Assembly (NCBI GenBank): GCA_951406725.2
Contig: OX597835.1
Span: forward strand, 27,838,001-27,902,000
Reading direction: 5' to 3'
Source: Octopus vulgaris
Lineage: Eukaryota
Length of the DNA: 64,000 bases
The notes under the pieces are model-generated. The model ran no database searches. It saw nothing but the letters and a program-made list of their open reading frames with translations, and had not been told where the DNA came from. A program made the translations under genes and the position numbers. Numbering within the stretch: the stretch's first letter is position 1; each line of letters begins with the position of its first letter. Below are positions 24,498 to 37,226 of this stretch, in pieces.

Positions 24498-25182
24498 GTG
24501 TGTATATTCATTTTCTGAGAAATAGATTTTTGAAAAATTAGCAATAAATTCAAATTTGAAATGTTGTAATTTATTACTTTGCTAATAACTCTATATTATA
24601 TTATATAACAGAGACAGAGACAGAGAGAAACTATAATAAGAAAAAAAGTTTTAATAATGCACCAAGATGCACGTTAAAAATCACATTTAGTGATTGCTTT
24701 TTTAGGAAAAAAAAAAAGAACCACTAAGACTACCGGAAAATGTAAAAGAATAAATTCAATTTATTTCTTATTTCTAATTTAGGATATCAGGTAAAAATAG
24801 ACTCTGAGTGGAGGTGTGTTGCACTAAAAAAAAAAAATAATAATAATTTGATCGGTATTGATTAGTGACACCTGATTATTGGGCATATATTATATCAACA
24901 TTTTCTTCCCAGTATTTTTTTTTTTTTGAGTATTGCGTTGATTATAGATTGCATACACCTGAACAAAATTGCAAAGCAGAAGACCTGACCTAAATCAATC
25001 TAAGCACCAAAGTCATGAAATCTAAAATTTCTTGTATCAAATTCTTTTTTCCTTTCTTCAGCTGAAATTAGGTCAATTGATCTGATATAACACCTTGTTT
25101 ACAAAAGATGATGGCTAATGCTAACAGAGAACGGATAACTCTACACACACACACACACACATGTAAACATATACATGTCTAC

Positions 25183-25222
<40 letters not shown>

Positions 25223-25256
25223 ATGTGTGTATGTCTGTATGTATATATATGTATGT

Positions 25257-25668
25257 GGCGAGCTGGCAGAAACGTTAGCACGCCGGGCGAAATGCGTAGC
25301 CGTATTTTGTCTGCTGTTATGTTCTGAGTTCAAATTCCGCTGAGGTCGACTTTGCCTTTCATCCTTTCAGGGGTCGATTAAATAAGTACCAGTTACACAC
25401 TGGGGCCGGTATAATCGACTTAATCTGTTTGTCTGTCCTTGTTTGTCTCCTCTGTGTTTAGCCCCTTGTGGGTAGTAAAGAAATAGGTATTTAGTCTGTT
25501 GTTACATTCCGAGTTCAAATTCGGCCGAGGTCGACTTTACCTTTCATCCTCTCGGGGTCGATAAATAAAGTAACAGTTTCGCACTGGGGTCGATATAATC
25601 GACTTAATCCCTTTGTCTAATCTTGCTTGTCCCCTCTATCTTTAGCCCCTTGTGGGTAGTAAAGAAAT
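25257..25668 (+). mobile_element. SINE family C, dimeric (second unit restarts at GGTATTT)
   Basis: Unit 1 is 25257-25485 and unit 2 is 25486-25668. Confidence 0.85.
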
Positions 25669-27732
25669 ATATATATATGTATGTGTGTGTGTAGAGGGAG
25701 AGAGAGAAGGGGGTAATAGATATTCTTTCATCCTTTACATGTTTCAGTCATTAGACTGTGGCCATGCTGGGGCACTGCCTTGAAGCATCTTTTAGTGGAA
25801 GAAAAGGGATACAGTTGATGGAATTCATTTTCTTTATATTACTGGTATCAGTTTGTCAATCCCAGGACGGATGAAAAGTAAGTTGACGCCTACACCCAGA
25901 GATATCAGAATATAAAGCATATAAATGTCCCCACCGCCATCACTTGACAACCAAGTAAAAGAGTAATTACATAATTGAAATCTTAAAGCTACAAGATAAT
26001 ACGTGATTAATTCAAAACAATGTGAATAAAAGGGTATTACATTTGGAAGAATAACCCGAATGCTAAGGGCTAGAACTAACCATATCTAACCCAGATATTC
26101 TAATAGTTTTATGTTCAAACCAGACAGATCTGACCTCTCACACCGACCTGATAATGCCGTTCTATTAATAGTCAGCTCATTGAAATCTCAAAACTATGAA
26201 AGAATGCAGGATTAATGCAAAACTATGTGAATAAATAAGGATTACATTTGGTGGAGTAACCTGAATGCTAAAGGGTTAAAGAACTATAACTAAACACCAT
26301 AAGACTTTTGTTCATCACCACTGATATTACTGGGGGTAACAGTAGTGGTGGAAGACTACGAGTTATGAAAGTACTCAATATGTTATGGAAGTGGAGTCAA
26401 ATTTTCTGTTATTCAAAGGTAATATCTGACAACAGTATAACTATTTCAGTATATTCTAGTATTTGTTCAAAGGTAGAACTAAGTGAATAGAACACCATGG
26501 TATATAAGGAACACCCTCACGGAGATAACATATGAAAGGGGTCGCTAGAGAGATGTAACTATATATGATGACATTAGAGATGGAGATACAATAAGAGAGG
26601 ATAGTTGTGGTGTAAGACAAACAGAATTTGAGACAAAGAGAGAGACAGAGAGAGAGAGAGAGCAATCAAGGGGTGTCTATGTATGACAGATGAAAACGAA
26701 AAGAAAGATGCTGAAGCTAAGAGAGGAGGAAGTTTGCCTAAATGGAATTGAACAGAGGGTGATAAGTGACCGACCATGGCACAGGCAAAAGCCAAATTTA
26801 AAAATCACCAAAAAAAAAAAAAAACTGTCAAGTGGAGTGAAGGATTAAAAATAAAATTTTGAATCCAAACGTGGAGAAATGTGTTTTATAAGTACACATT
26901 TATTATCATTAGTTTGTTGCAGGAAACGGTTAATGTTAATGAGAACCTAGCAAATAAATAACTGGAAGTATTAATTAATAGTAAATTAGAATAAAGTAGA
27001 ATAAATAATTGCCACGTTGTAACCAAGGTCTTTTTTTTTAACGAGAATGTTGTAGACTATGTATTTATTTATGTGGCAGGTATGTTAATGATCGCATACT
27101 GTAGCCAAGGTGTGTTTAAATGAGAATAAAAAGTATATATATATATTTATGTGGTAGGTATTTTAAATGGTGCTACAATCAGATTCTTAAGTATCTATGA
27201 GAGAAAAACACAAGACAGATGGGAATAAAACTAATTATCTATTTCAAGAAACCAGAGCGTTGGTTGCAAGAATGGGGTATCCATCCAATAGCTGCAAAAG
27301 AATTTATAAGACTAATGATTATGTTAAAAAGTGGCTGAGATAATACAGTTAAAGGGACAATTTCAATTTCTAGCAGCCAGACTAACAAAACAAAGGAAAC
27401 AAGACTATCACCAACATCATCATCTTTTGTTTTTTTCATGTCCACTTTTACAAGCTTCTATGATGGGCCAGACAGAATTCACTGATGTAAATATTCGACA
27501 GCAGGATGCTCTTCCCGTCACCAACCCTCTGATGATTCCAAGTAAGGTAAAACTTTCTCTTTGCCGTATATGTTTGCACGGAAGACTTGAAACCAGCAAC
27601 ACCACATGTATGAAAGTGACACTCACTTACAACAATCATACACCATCAAGACAAAGGGATGCAAACACACAAACACCCATATACTATCTCTCTCTCTCTT
27701 TCTCTTTCTCTCTTACTCTCTCTCTCTCTCTC

Positions 27733-27773
<41 letters not shown>

Positions 27774-29492
27774 GACAGGCTTCTTTCAGTTTCCAGCTAC
27801 CAGATCCACACCAAGGCTTTGCTTGGCCTGAGGCTATAGTAGAAAGCACTTGCGCTCAAGGTGCTCTGTAGTGGGACTGAACCCAAAACCCTGTGGTTAG
27901 GAAGTGAAATCATGATGCTGACATCGACAATCCTCGGCCATCTACCTCTACAGTGTAAACACCACCAAATTTTGCGTATCAGTAAATTTAAGACACTATT
28001 TTTTTTGTTTTTACTTTATTACAAAATAATAATTATTTGATTGTAAGCTTAAAATAGGTTTTTTTATTGAAAATGCATTCATAAATAAAGTACAGCAGTT
28101 GGGAATGGCTATTAGCGTTCATAAATAAAATACAGCCCTGGGGAATGGCTACTAATGATGTAAACACCACCAAATTGCACGTTTTGCTAAATTTAAAATA
28201 CTTCTGTTCTTTTTTTTTTACTGTATTACAAAATAGTAAATACATTTGTTTGTAAACTTAAAATAGGTTTCCATTAATGCCCCCTGATTGGCTCCCATGC
28301 TGATGGTACATAAGAAGCACCATCCAAATGCGGTAGATACCAGTGCCCCCTGACTGGCCCCCATGCCGGTGGGATGTAAAAAGCACCATCCAAACGTAAT
28401 CGATGTCAGTGCCCTCCGACTCGTTCCCGTGCCAGTGGCACTTAAAAAGCACTCACTGCATTCTCGGAGTGGTTGGCATTAGGAGGGCATCCAGCTGTAG
28501 AAACCTTGTCAGAGCAGATCAGAGGCTGGCGCAGCCTTCTGGCTCGCCAGTCCTCAGTCAAACTGCCCAACCCATGCCAGCATGGAAAGCGGACGTTAAA
28601 CAATGATGATGAGGATGAGCATCTTATTAAAAATGCATTCATAAATGAAGTACAGTAACAGAGAATGGCTATTAACGATGTAGACACCACCAAATTGTAC
28701 ATATTGGTAAATTTAAAATAGTTTTTTTTTCTACTGTATTACAAAATAATAAATACATTTGTTTGTAAACTTAAAAAAGGTTTTTATTAACCATCACTTA
28801 TTACACCAACAACAAAAATCAATGGAAATTGTAGTTGTGATCCCTGTGCCAGTGCCACATAAAAAGCACCATCTGAACGTGGCTGATGCCAGTGCCGCCT
28901 TGACTGGCTTCCGTGGCAGTGGCACGTAAAAAGCACCATCCAAATGTAGCTGATGCCAGCCTCACCTGGGACCTGTGCCAGTGGTATGTAAAAAGCACCC
29001 ACTACACTCACGCAGTGGTTGGCATTAGGAAGGGCATCCAGCTGTAGAAACACTGCCAGATCAGACTGGAGCCTGCTGCAGCCTTCTGGCTTCCCAGATC
29101 CCTGTCGAACTGTCCAACTCATGCTAGCATGGAGAACGGACGTTAAACGATAATGATGATGACTTATCGAAAATGCATTCATAAATATAGTACAGCAGTT
29201 GGGAATGGCTATTAGCAGTTTAGGCTAGGCTAGACCAGGCCTAGCCAAGCCAAGCCAAGCCTAGCCTAGCATACAGACAAGCAATTCGACTTAGGTCATG
29301 TCTCCTGGAACCAATTAACAACTTAGGGCGAGGTATACCTGTATAATGCTACTGGGCATACAAGACAACTAGAAGAATTTACTTCAAAATCCTAGGCTTT
29401 GAGCTAAACACGTTGTCTAAAGAATACTGAGCAATATTTTGTAACTATAGGTTACAGGCATTGGTTTTGATTCAATACCTTTTATCTTTTAT

Positions 29493-29909
29493 GCTTTATT
29501 TGTTACAGTCATTAGACTGTGGCTATGCTGCAGCACCACCCTGAAGAATTCTTAGTTGAATGGATCAACCCCAGGACTTACTTTTCTTTAAAAGTCTGGT
29601 CCTTATTTTATCAGTCTCTTTTGCCAAACTTCTAAGTTATGGGGATGTAAACACACCAACACCAGTTGTCAAGCAGTGGTGGTGGTAGTAGCTGAGACAA
29701 ACACAAGGGCACACAAACACACACACACACCTACATATATATATATCTGTGCTTCTTTTAGTTTCCATCACCCAAATCCACTCGCAAGGCTTTGGTCAGC
29801 CCAAGGCTGTAATAGAAAACACTTGTCCAAGGAGCCATGCAGTGGGACTGAACCCAGAACTAGGTGGTTGAGAAGCAAACTTCTTACAATACAGCCACGC
29901 CTGTGCCTA
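29493..29909 (-). mobile_element. SINE family A (older)
   Basis: Homology across the full length. Confidence 0.75.
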
Positions 29910-30078
29910 TGTAGGGACATTTTTCAAGAGAAAGAAGTATCACATCTTTTAACTAATTGCCTGCCAGTCGTTCGTTGTATTTAAAGTGAACTGCCTATGT
30001 ACATTGCATTTGTAGAGGTGTGCTTAACAATATTTGATAGTTGAAGTTTGTCATCACCAGCTCTGGCTAATTCTAGAG

Positions 30079-30356
30079 CAGTGCTACTCAAAGTGGTGGT
30101 CCACGGATCGGTGCCAGCACGAACCATCAGTTACCAGTATGTGGCGAGTTTCCAGAAAAGAAAGAAACATTATAAAAAGCTTATATAATATTGTATTATT
30201 TGTTTACAAAATAAATATAAGATAAAAAAAAAGTCAACTCTTATTATATTCATTATATATATCGTTTCCGGTATAAATTAATATTACTAGGAAATATTAC
30301 CGGTCCCTGGTACAATGGACAAAAAACTGCCACTTCAGATAGTTTGAGCAGCATTG
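30079..30356. mobile_element. hAT (Charlie-like) MITE
   Basis: TIRs CAGTGCTACTCAAA / TTTGAGCAGCATTG; perfect 8-bp TSD TTCTAGAG at 30071-30078 and 30357-30364. Confidence 0.88.
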
Positions 30357-30700
30357 TTCTAGAGAATATTTTATCTCATAAATTGCAATTTTTGAACTAC
30401 AAAAATATTGACTGTTTTCAAAATGGTTCTTTTTTTTTACATTTCCCATCTATATCATTCATTGATATTACCCAATTGATAATATAGTTTCAAAAAAACT
30501 AAAATGCTTATTATTGCAATTGAATAGAAAGGGATAAATATGCTTTTTTTTCAGCAATCTCCATTTTGGACTTTTCGAAAAATTTATTATGATTTTCAAA
30601 ATAATTCACTTATGAAGAAAATTTAAATACTATATATTATTTTAACTCCTAATACACCTGGCAAAGCCAAAAAATATGAATAAAAAAATTTGGCAGTTAA

Positions 30701-30921
30701 CCTTTTCATTACCATATTTATTTTGAGATGCTCTGTGTTTCTTTCAATTATTTTAAATATAACAAAGAATTAAGGAAAATAACTTAGTTATCATTAAGCT
30801 AGTGTTAGGAACACGAATTGTGAATAAGGTTTGGTGGAAGATTTTAATTCAAAACTTATGAAAACAAGACATTTGTACTACAGAGCCAGAGGCAGTTTCA
30901 GCCAGGTTGGTAACAAAAGGT
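30701..30921. mobile_element. piggyBac-type MITE
   Basis: TTAA|CCTTTTCATTACC ... GGTAACAAAAGGT|TTAA. Confidence 0.72.
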
Positions 30922-31404
30922 TTAATGGATTAATTATACCTTGAACCTAAATTAGCATTTACAGCCTTTAGTTATTTTATAAGTTATCAAGGTTATAAAG
31001 GTTTCTTGCTACATGATAAAGATGATATTTGAACAGTTACAAAGGCCTTGATATCTAGCACTTACTGCCGAGAGTTTACTGCCCCAATAGTTCTTTAACA
31101 AGCCTCTCAAATGACCAGTGGAATAGTCAAAGAGAGGATTACTGTTCAACATAATACTATGCAACACAGTTTTGATTATTCATTAAGACCAATTCATTTC
31201 AAATACCGACAAAAACACTGCCATCAAGTAGCTCTCTTAATATGCATCAGATGTGCTTAGTTGGCTGGCTGGCTGGGCTGGGCTGGTCTTGTGTAAACAC
31301 AAGAGATGTCACTTAGATGTTGATTATTCTACAAGAACTAATATAGTGCCAAGTATAATTTTACCATTTACTTTAACTGGACTTGCAGCATATAGAATAC
31401 TACA

Positions 31405-31821
31405 TGGCGAGCAAGCTGGTAGAAATGTTAGCACGCCGGGCAAAATGCTTAGCGGTATTTCGTCTGTCGCTACGTTCTGAGTCCAAATTCTGCTGAGGTC
31501 GACTTAGCCTTTCATCCTTTTGGGGTCAATAAATTAAGTACAAGTTATGCACTGGGGTCGATGTAATCGACTTAATCCCTTTATCTTTCCTTGTTTGTCC
31601 CCTCTATGTTTAGCCCCTTGTGGGCAATAAAGAAATAGGTATTTTGTCTGCTGCTACGTTCTGAGTTCAAATTCCGCTGAGGTCGACTTTGCCTTTCATC
31701 CTTTTGGGGTAAATAAATTAAGTACAAGTTACGCACTGGGGTCGATGTAATCGACTTAATCCCTTTATCTTTCCTTGTTTGTCCCCTCTATGTTTAGCCC
31801 CTTGTGGGTAATAAAGAAATA
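31405..31821 (+). mobile_element. SINE family C, dimeric, with 11-bp TSD
   Basis: AGAATACTACA at 31394-31404 and 31822-31832; the two body units are nearly identical. Confidence 0.87.
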
Positions 31822-32973
31822 AGAATACTACAGCACAATATGTCGGTATGAAGTGCAGTACAAGATGCTTTCTTTAATTTGTAAACTGACTTGCTCCAAG
31901 AGTCTGTGTTTAAGTTCATTCATTCATACACACACCTTTGGCTTCATCTATGCTACAACACAGTAGTTAATGTAATTCTACAGTTAGGTGGTCATAATCA
32001 TCACACTGTGTAGCGAAATTTTAATCTTTGGTCAGTAGGTGTTATTTTCTTATTTGCTTCTATCTAGAAACCAAAGGAAATGACCACTATTCACTTCAAA
32101 CTTTTGCTTTTTCTGACCTGGACATCAACGTTTTGAAACTGACCTATTTTCCATTACATTTCAGAAAGATTCAGCGCTGAGTTGCTGAAGGAGAAATATC
32201 ATTGTAGCAAATATTCTGCTCAGTACCACAGATTCGCTTGTTGCCTTTGGTCAGTAAATGCTATTTCCTGTTTGATTCTATCTAGAAATCAAAGGAAATC
32301 ACAACTATTCCCTTCAAACTTTACTTTTGTGACCTGGACATCAAGGTTCTGAAACTGACTGGTTTTCCATTACATTTCAGAAAGATTTAATGCTGAGTTG
32401 TTGAAGCAGAAATATCGTTATAGCGAATATTCTGCTCAATACCACAGATTTGCTTGTCAGTTGCTTGACCTTAACTCCATGAGCATGGCCCTTAGTGGCT
32501 GACAATATGTGCATCTCTGATGATGAGCAGGAGTAGTGGGGGAGCATCATAGCCATGTGTTGAGAGGAATTCTTCGGGGTTTCAATAAATATAACAAAAG
32601 GAAATGTTAACTTTTTTCATATTTCTAGGCATAAGCAAATAGGAAATAACAGTGGCTACCCACATACAAAAATCACGTTGCCCAGTGTAATCATTATCAT
32701 TTTAACAGCCGCTTTCTATGCTTGCAAAGGTCGGATAGAATTCATTGAGGCAGATTTTCTACAGCCAGATGCTCTTTTTGTTGCCAACCCTTACTTTTTT
32801 CAAAGTACGGTAATTTTCCTTTTCACCAGGGACGTTTTCACGGAAAGCTTGAAACAAATAACACTGCTTGTATGTAGGTAACACTCGTTCACAACTATTA
32901 TACAATGCATGGTTTATACAGTGCATGGTCATTTGTTTCTTGAAAAGATTTGTCACAAGGACGTTCGTTATTT

Positions 32974-33460
32974 TCATCATCCTTCATCTACATCATCATC
33001 AGTCACCATTCACATCATCATTCATAATCCACATCTCATCATTCACATCAATATCATCATCATCCACATCCACCATTCATCATCATCATTCATATCATCA
33101 TTCATCATCCACATCATCATTCATCATCCTCATCATTATTCATCATCATTCATCATCCTCATCATTATTCATCATCATCAGTCATCATTCACATCATCAT
33201 TCATAATCCTAATCATCATTCATAATCCTCATCATCATTCATAATCCTCATCATCATTCATCATCCACATCATCATTCATCATCATTTACATCATCATTC
33301 ATCATCATTCATCATCCTCATCATCATTCATCATCCACATCATCATTTATCTTCATCATTCATTATCATTCACATCATCATTCATCATCCTCATCATCAT
33401 CCATCATCATTCATCATCTACATCATCATTTATCATCATTCATCATCCTCATTATCATTA
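32974..33460. repeat. Degenerate (CAT)/(CATT) low-complexity tract
   Basis: Read directly; almost G-free on the plus strand. Confidence 0.9.
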
Positions 33461-34000
33461 AACATCCACTGTGTGGCATCTTGAGCAAATGTCTTCTAAT
33501 ATAGCCCTGGGTCTACTAATACCTTATGAGGGGATTTGGTAGATGAAAACTTGTGGATCCTTAATCTACTATTCTGCATATGTAGATCCTCAAAAATCTT
33601 ATGTGGAACCTCAGGGGTCATATGGAACCCAGCTGAGAACCATCGCTCTAGACTTCGATAAAAATTATCATTAACACAAATAATTAATTTTCATTACAAG
33701 TGTAGTTTTAATTGATTAAATATTCACTTCTTTTTTGCATGCCGTTACAGTACATATGGTATCTCTCACAAAAGCATACGTTGATTGCTTTCTTTGCTTG
33801 TTTTTTAAATGTTCCATTTATTTATTATTTTTTTTTGTTTCTTTATTCCACACATGGCAATTCTTAGAAACGAAGCAGTTTTATATCTCTCCCTTTCCTT
33901 CTCTTTTCTTTTTTTTTTTTCCAATTTTTTTTTTCCCCTTTTCTGTCTGAATCCTCGTTTCCAGCGAGAGAAAGGAAATATATACGAAATCAATACTTAC

Positions 34001-34100
34001 AACATGAAATCTTGCTCCCAGCTTGGGTTATTTCCTTTCACTTGAATTGTCGTCGATTTCACATTTTGAAGTTTCAGTGTCACATAAGTGTTATATCTCT
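34001..34100 (-). CDS. unc-13: unc-13/Munc13 C2A-domain coding exon (equivalent to vertebrate UNC13 exon 3)
   Basis: Minus strand reads tttttttccag|AG AGA TAT AAC ... TTC ATG TT|gtaagt, 100 nt. Translation: [32 protein letters not shown](F), nearly identical to the recalled Munc13 sequence [33 protein letters not shown]. Confidence 0.97.
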
Positions 34101-34203
34101 CTGGAAAAAAAAACAAAAACCAAATAGATAAATGAATAATGGACAGAGTCAACATCCACTGACAAAGCTGCAAAAGCAATGAAAATTTAGGAAGAAAAAA
34201 TAT

Positions 34204-34620
34204 AGGAGTGGCTGTGTGGTAAGTAGCTTGTTTACCAACCACATGGTTCTGGGTTCAGTCCCACTGCGTGGCACCTTGGGCAAGTGTCTTCTACTATAGC
34301 CTCGGGCCGACCAATGCCTTGTGAGTGAATTTGGTAGATTGAAACTGAAAGAAGCCCATCGTATATATGTATATATATATATATGCGTGTGTGTGTTTGT
34401 GTGTCTGTGTTTGTCCCCCTAGCATTGCTTGACAACCGATGCTGGTGTGTTTATGTCCCCGTTACTTAGCGGTTCGGCAAAAGAGACCGATAGAATAAGT
34501 ACTGAGCTTACAAAAGAATAAGTCCTGGGGTCGAGTTGCTCGATTAAAGGCGGTGCTCCAGCATGGCCGCAGTCAAATGACTGAAACAAGTAAAAGAGTA
34601 AACAGAAAGAGTAAAGAGTA
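34204..34620 (+). mobile_element. SINE family A, ~100 nt upstream (in transcript) of the unc-13 exon acceptor
   Basis: Full-length, low divergence from the 313, 23921 and 46420 copies. Confidence 0.88.
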
Positions 34621-35045
34621 AATGATAAATGAGTGGGAATCAAACCAGTGAGTGTGTTAGAATAATAAGGCATTAAGACCAATATGACCCTCCCCAGACA
34701 CGACATAAATATTTCATTAAGAAAATACAGAAACTAAAATTTCTAAAAGTGGATTTAGTAAATGACTGAGAAAAATCAGTCATTCAATTGTTCAGCATTT
34801 GTTTTGCATACGGACATGGGTTAAATAGAAGCATACTTGAGACGGGAGTTTTACAGCTGGATGCTCTTCATATCACCAACCCTTCCATACAAATATCCAG
34901 CTCTATAAAAGCATAGCTCTACAAACAGCTTTCTATGTGAGTGAGACACGGAAGAATAATTTCAGTTAAGTTCATTGCCATTAATTCACCATGAAGGAAG
35001 TTCACCGAGTAAACATATCCGTAGTGTCTCTCACCCTTAATAGTT

Positions 35046-35250
35046 ACTCTTTTACTTGTTTCAGTCAGTTGACTGCGGCCATGCTGGAGCACCGCCTTTA
35101 GTCGAGCAAATTGACCCCAGGACTTATTCTTTGTAAGCCTAGTACTTATTCTATTGATCTCTTTGCTGAACCACTAAGTTACGGGGACATAAACACACCA
35201 GCATCGGTTGTCATGCGATGTTGGGCGTGGGGGACAAACACAGACCACAA

Positions 35251-35281
<31 letters not shown>

Positions 35282-35626
35282 AATATATATACATATACAC
35301 GTATATATATTTGGCGTTAGGAAGGGCATCCAGCCGTAGAAACACTGCCAGATCAGACTGGGCCTGGTGCAGCCTTCTGGCTTCCCAGACCCCAATTGAA
35401 CCGTCCAACCCATGCTAGCATGGAAAGCAGACGTTAAACGATGATGATGATATACATATATACGATGGGCTTCTTTCAGTTTCCGTCTATAAATCCACTC
35501 ACAAGGCTTTGGTCGGCCCGAGGCTATAGTTGAAGACACTTGCCCAAGGTGCCACACAGTGGGACTGAACCCAGAACCATGTGGTTGGTAAGCAAGCCAC
35601 TTACCACACAGCCACTCTTGCACCTA
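35046..35626 (-). mobile_element. SINE family A with a nested family B fragment (35311-35450) in its microsatellite
   Basis: A-body 35046-35250, B insert in opposite orientation, A-head 35461-35626. Confidence 0.85.
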
Positions 35627-35739
35627 GTTAAAAACTATTTTACTGGAAAAAACAAAATGGTGACTTGACAACGGGGAACTTTTCCTGTGGTGAATTCATG
35701 ATGGTGAGCTTACTGGAGATGGGAAAAACACTGGAAATC

Positions 35740-35842
35740 AACAGAAAGCTGGACATGTTCTACTGAAGATGAATGCGAAGAATTCTGAGAATGTATTGGG
35801 AAGATCACTTAACCAATAACAAAATGGTAAAGAGAGCCAACA
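35740..35842 (+). pseudogene. RTE-like LINE fragment
   Basis: KLDMFY*R*MRRILRMYWEDHLTNNKMVKRAN. Confidence 0.55.
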
Positions 35843-35844
35843 TA

Positions 35845-36300
35845 TGAGGGTATGCTGAAAGGCGAGCTGGCAGAAACGTTAGCATGCTGGGCGAAATTCT
35901 TAGCGGTATGTCGTCTGCCGTTATGTTCTGAGTTCAAATTCTGCCGAGGTTGACTTTGCCTTTCATCCTTTCAGGGTCGATTAAATAAGTACCAATTATG
36001 CACTGGGGTCGATATAATCGACTTAATCCCTTTGTCTGTCCTTGTTTGTCATCTCTGTGTTTAGCCCCTTGTGGGTAGTAAAGAAATAGGTATGCTGAAA
36101 AGTTCCTGGTTTTGAGTAAAAGAATATACAGGCGGATCAGTTAATTATGATTTTATCCAACATGTTCCCCTCTCAGATTCACACATTTATTGCAGCAGTC
36201 CTTCAGTTTTTCTAAGCCCTGCAAAAGAACTCGGGAGGTTGGGCCTTCAACCAGGCCTTTCACAATATCCTTAAAGCAAGGAACTTTCAGCATCCCCTCA
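35845..36300. mobile_element. mariner-type MITE
   Basis: TA|TGAGGGTATGCTGAAAAGTTCCTGG ... GGAACTTTCAGCATCCCCTCA|TA once the SINE C insertion is removed. Confidence 0.78.
35861..36088 (+). mobile_element. SINE family C inserted into the TIR of a mariner-type MITE
   Basis: TSD GGTATGCTGAAA at 35849-35860 and 36089-36100. Confidence 0.87.
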
Positions 36301-37226
36301 TAAGACTACTGAGTAAAACCTCTCAAAGAATGAAGATTAAAACTAACGGTAAACTTACTCTGGCTACTAGAACAACCGTGTGTGTGTGTGTGTCTATATG
36401 TGTGTCTATATGTGTGTCTATATGCGTTTTTGTCCTCCTCACAAACACTTTTGTTTACACCCCTGTAAAGTACCGAGGTCAATTCGTTCAACTAAAACAC
36501 TTCATGACAACTGCCCCAGCATTGCCACAGTCCAATGACTAAAAAGGTGAAGGCAGTATCTCCAGCACTACATCATTTTATGTGTCCTTCCTTTATCTTA
36601 TGACAGTAGGGAGTGGTCGGATGAAAATTCGGCTGCTACTTCTAGCAAGCCAAATAACCATGTGGCAGAGGCAGAGGCTTCCTCCTCGCCTCACGGCAGA
36701 ACGCTTGCTTGGCGTAAAATCAAAACCAAACACATTGATGAATGATGAAGGAACGTGGCGAATAAATAAATAAATAAAGAAATAAACAAATGAACGAGCG
36801 AATGGACAAATGTCTGGATAATCAGTAATTAAAAGATGCAGTAAATTAATTCAAAAAGTGAAAGTAAATAAAACCAAAAATCCGAAAAACCAGTAATGAA
36901 ACCTATCTGGCTGATTAGACAGACGTGAAGAGAGAAAAGACGGCAAAAGTATAAATAGAGATAGAATGGCAATAAGTTTTTGTACTTTATGTGGAATCGG
37001 TTGTGTCAGGCATGTGTTAATGACTGTGATTCATTCCTTGTCAAATGTCAAATGTTTCTGCAGTTTTTTTTTGTTTGTTTTTTTTTTAATTATTTTGTTT
37101 GTTTGTTTGTTGGTTGGTTTCTTGGGGGTGTTTTTGATGTTGTTCTTGCTGTTGTTGTTGTTGTTGTTGTTGTTGTTCCTGTTGCTGATTCTGTCTTTTT
37201 GAGAGTGAATGAATGAACAAAGTGAA

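Larger units (their letters stand above)
190..34000 (-). other. unc-13: 33.8-kb phase-2 GT-AG intron of unc-13
   Basis: Bounded by GTAAGT (34000-33995) and TTTCAG (ending at 190). The two flanking exons join in frame with no missing C2A residues. Confidence 0.88.

Noticed and set aside
32974-33460. Nova-type YCAY cluster downstream of the unc-13 exon
   Set aside because: YCAY is on the plus strand; the pre-mRNA reads (AUG/AAUG)n.
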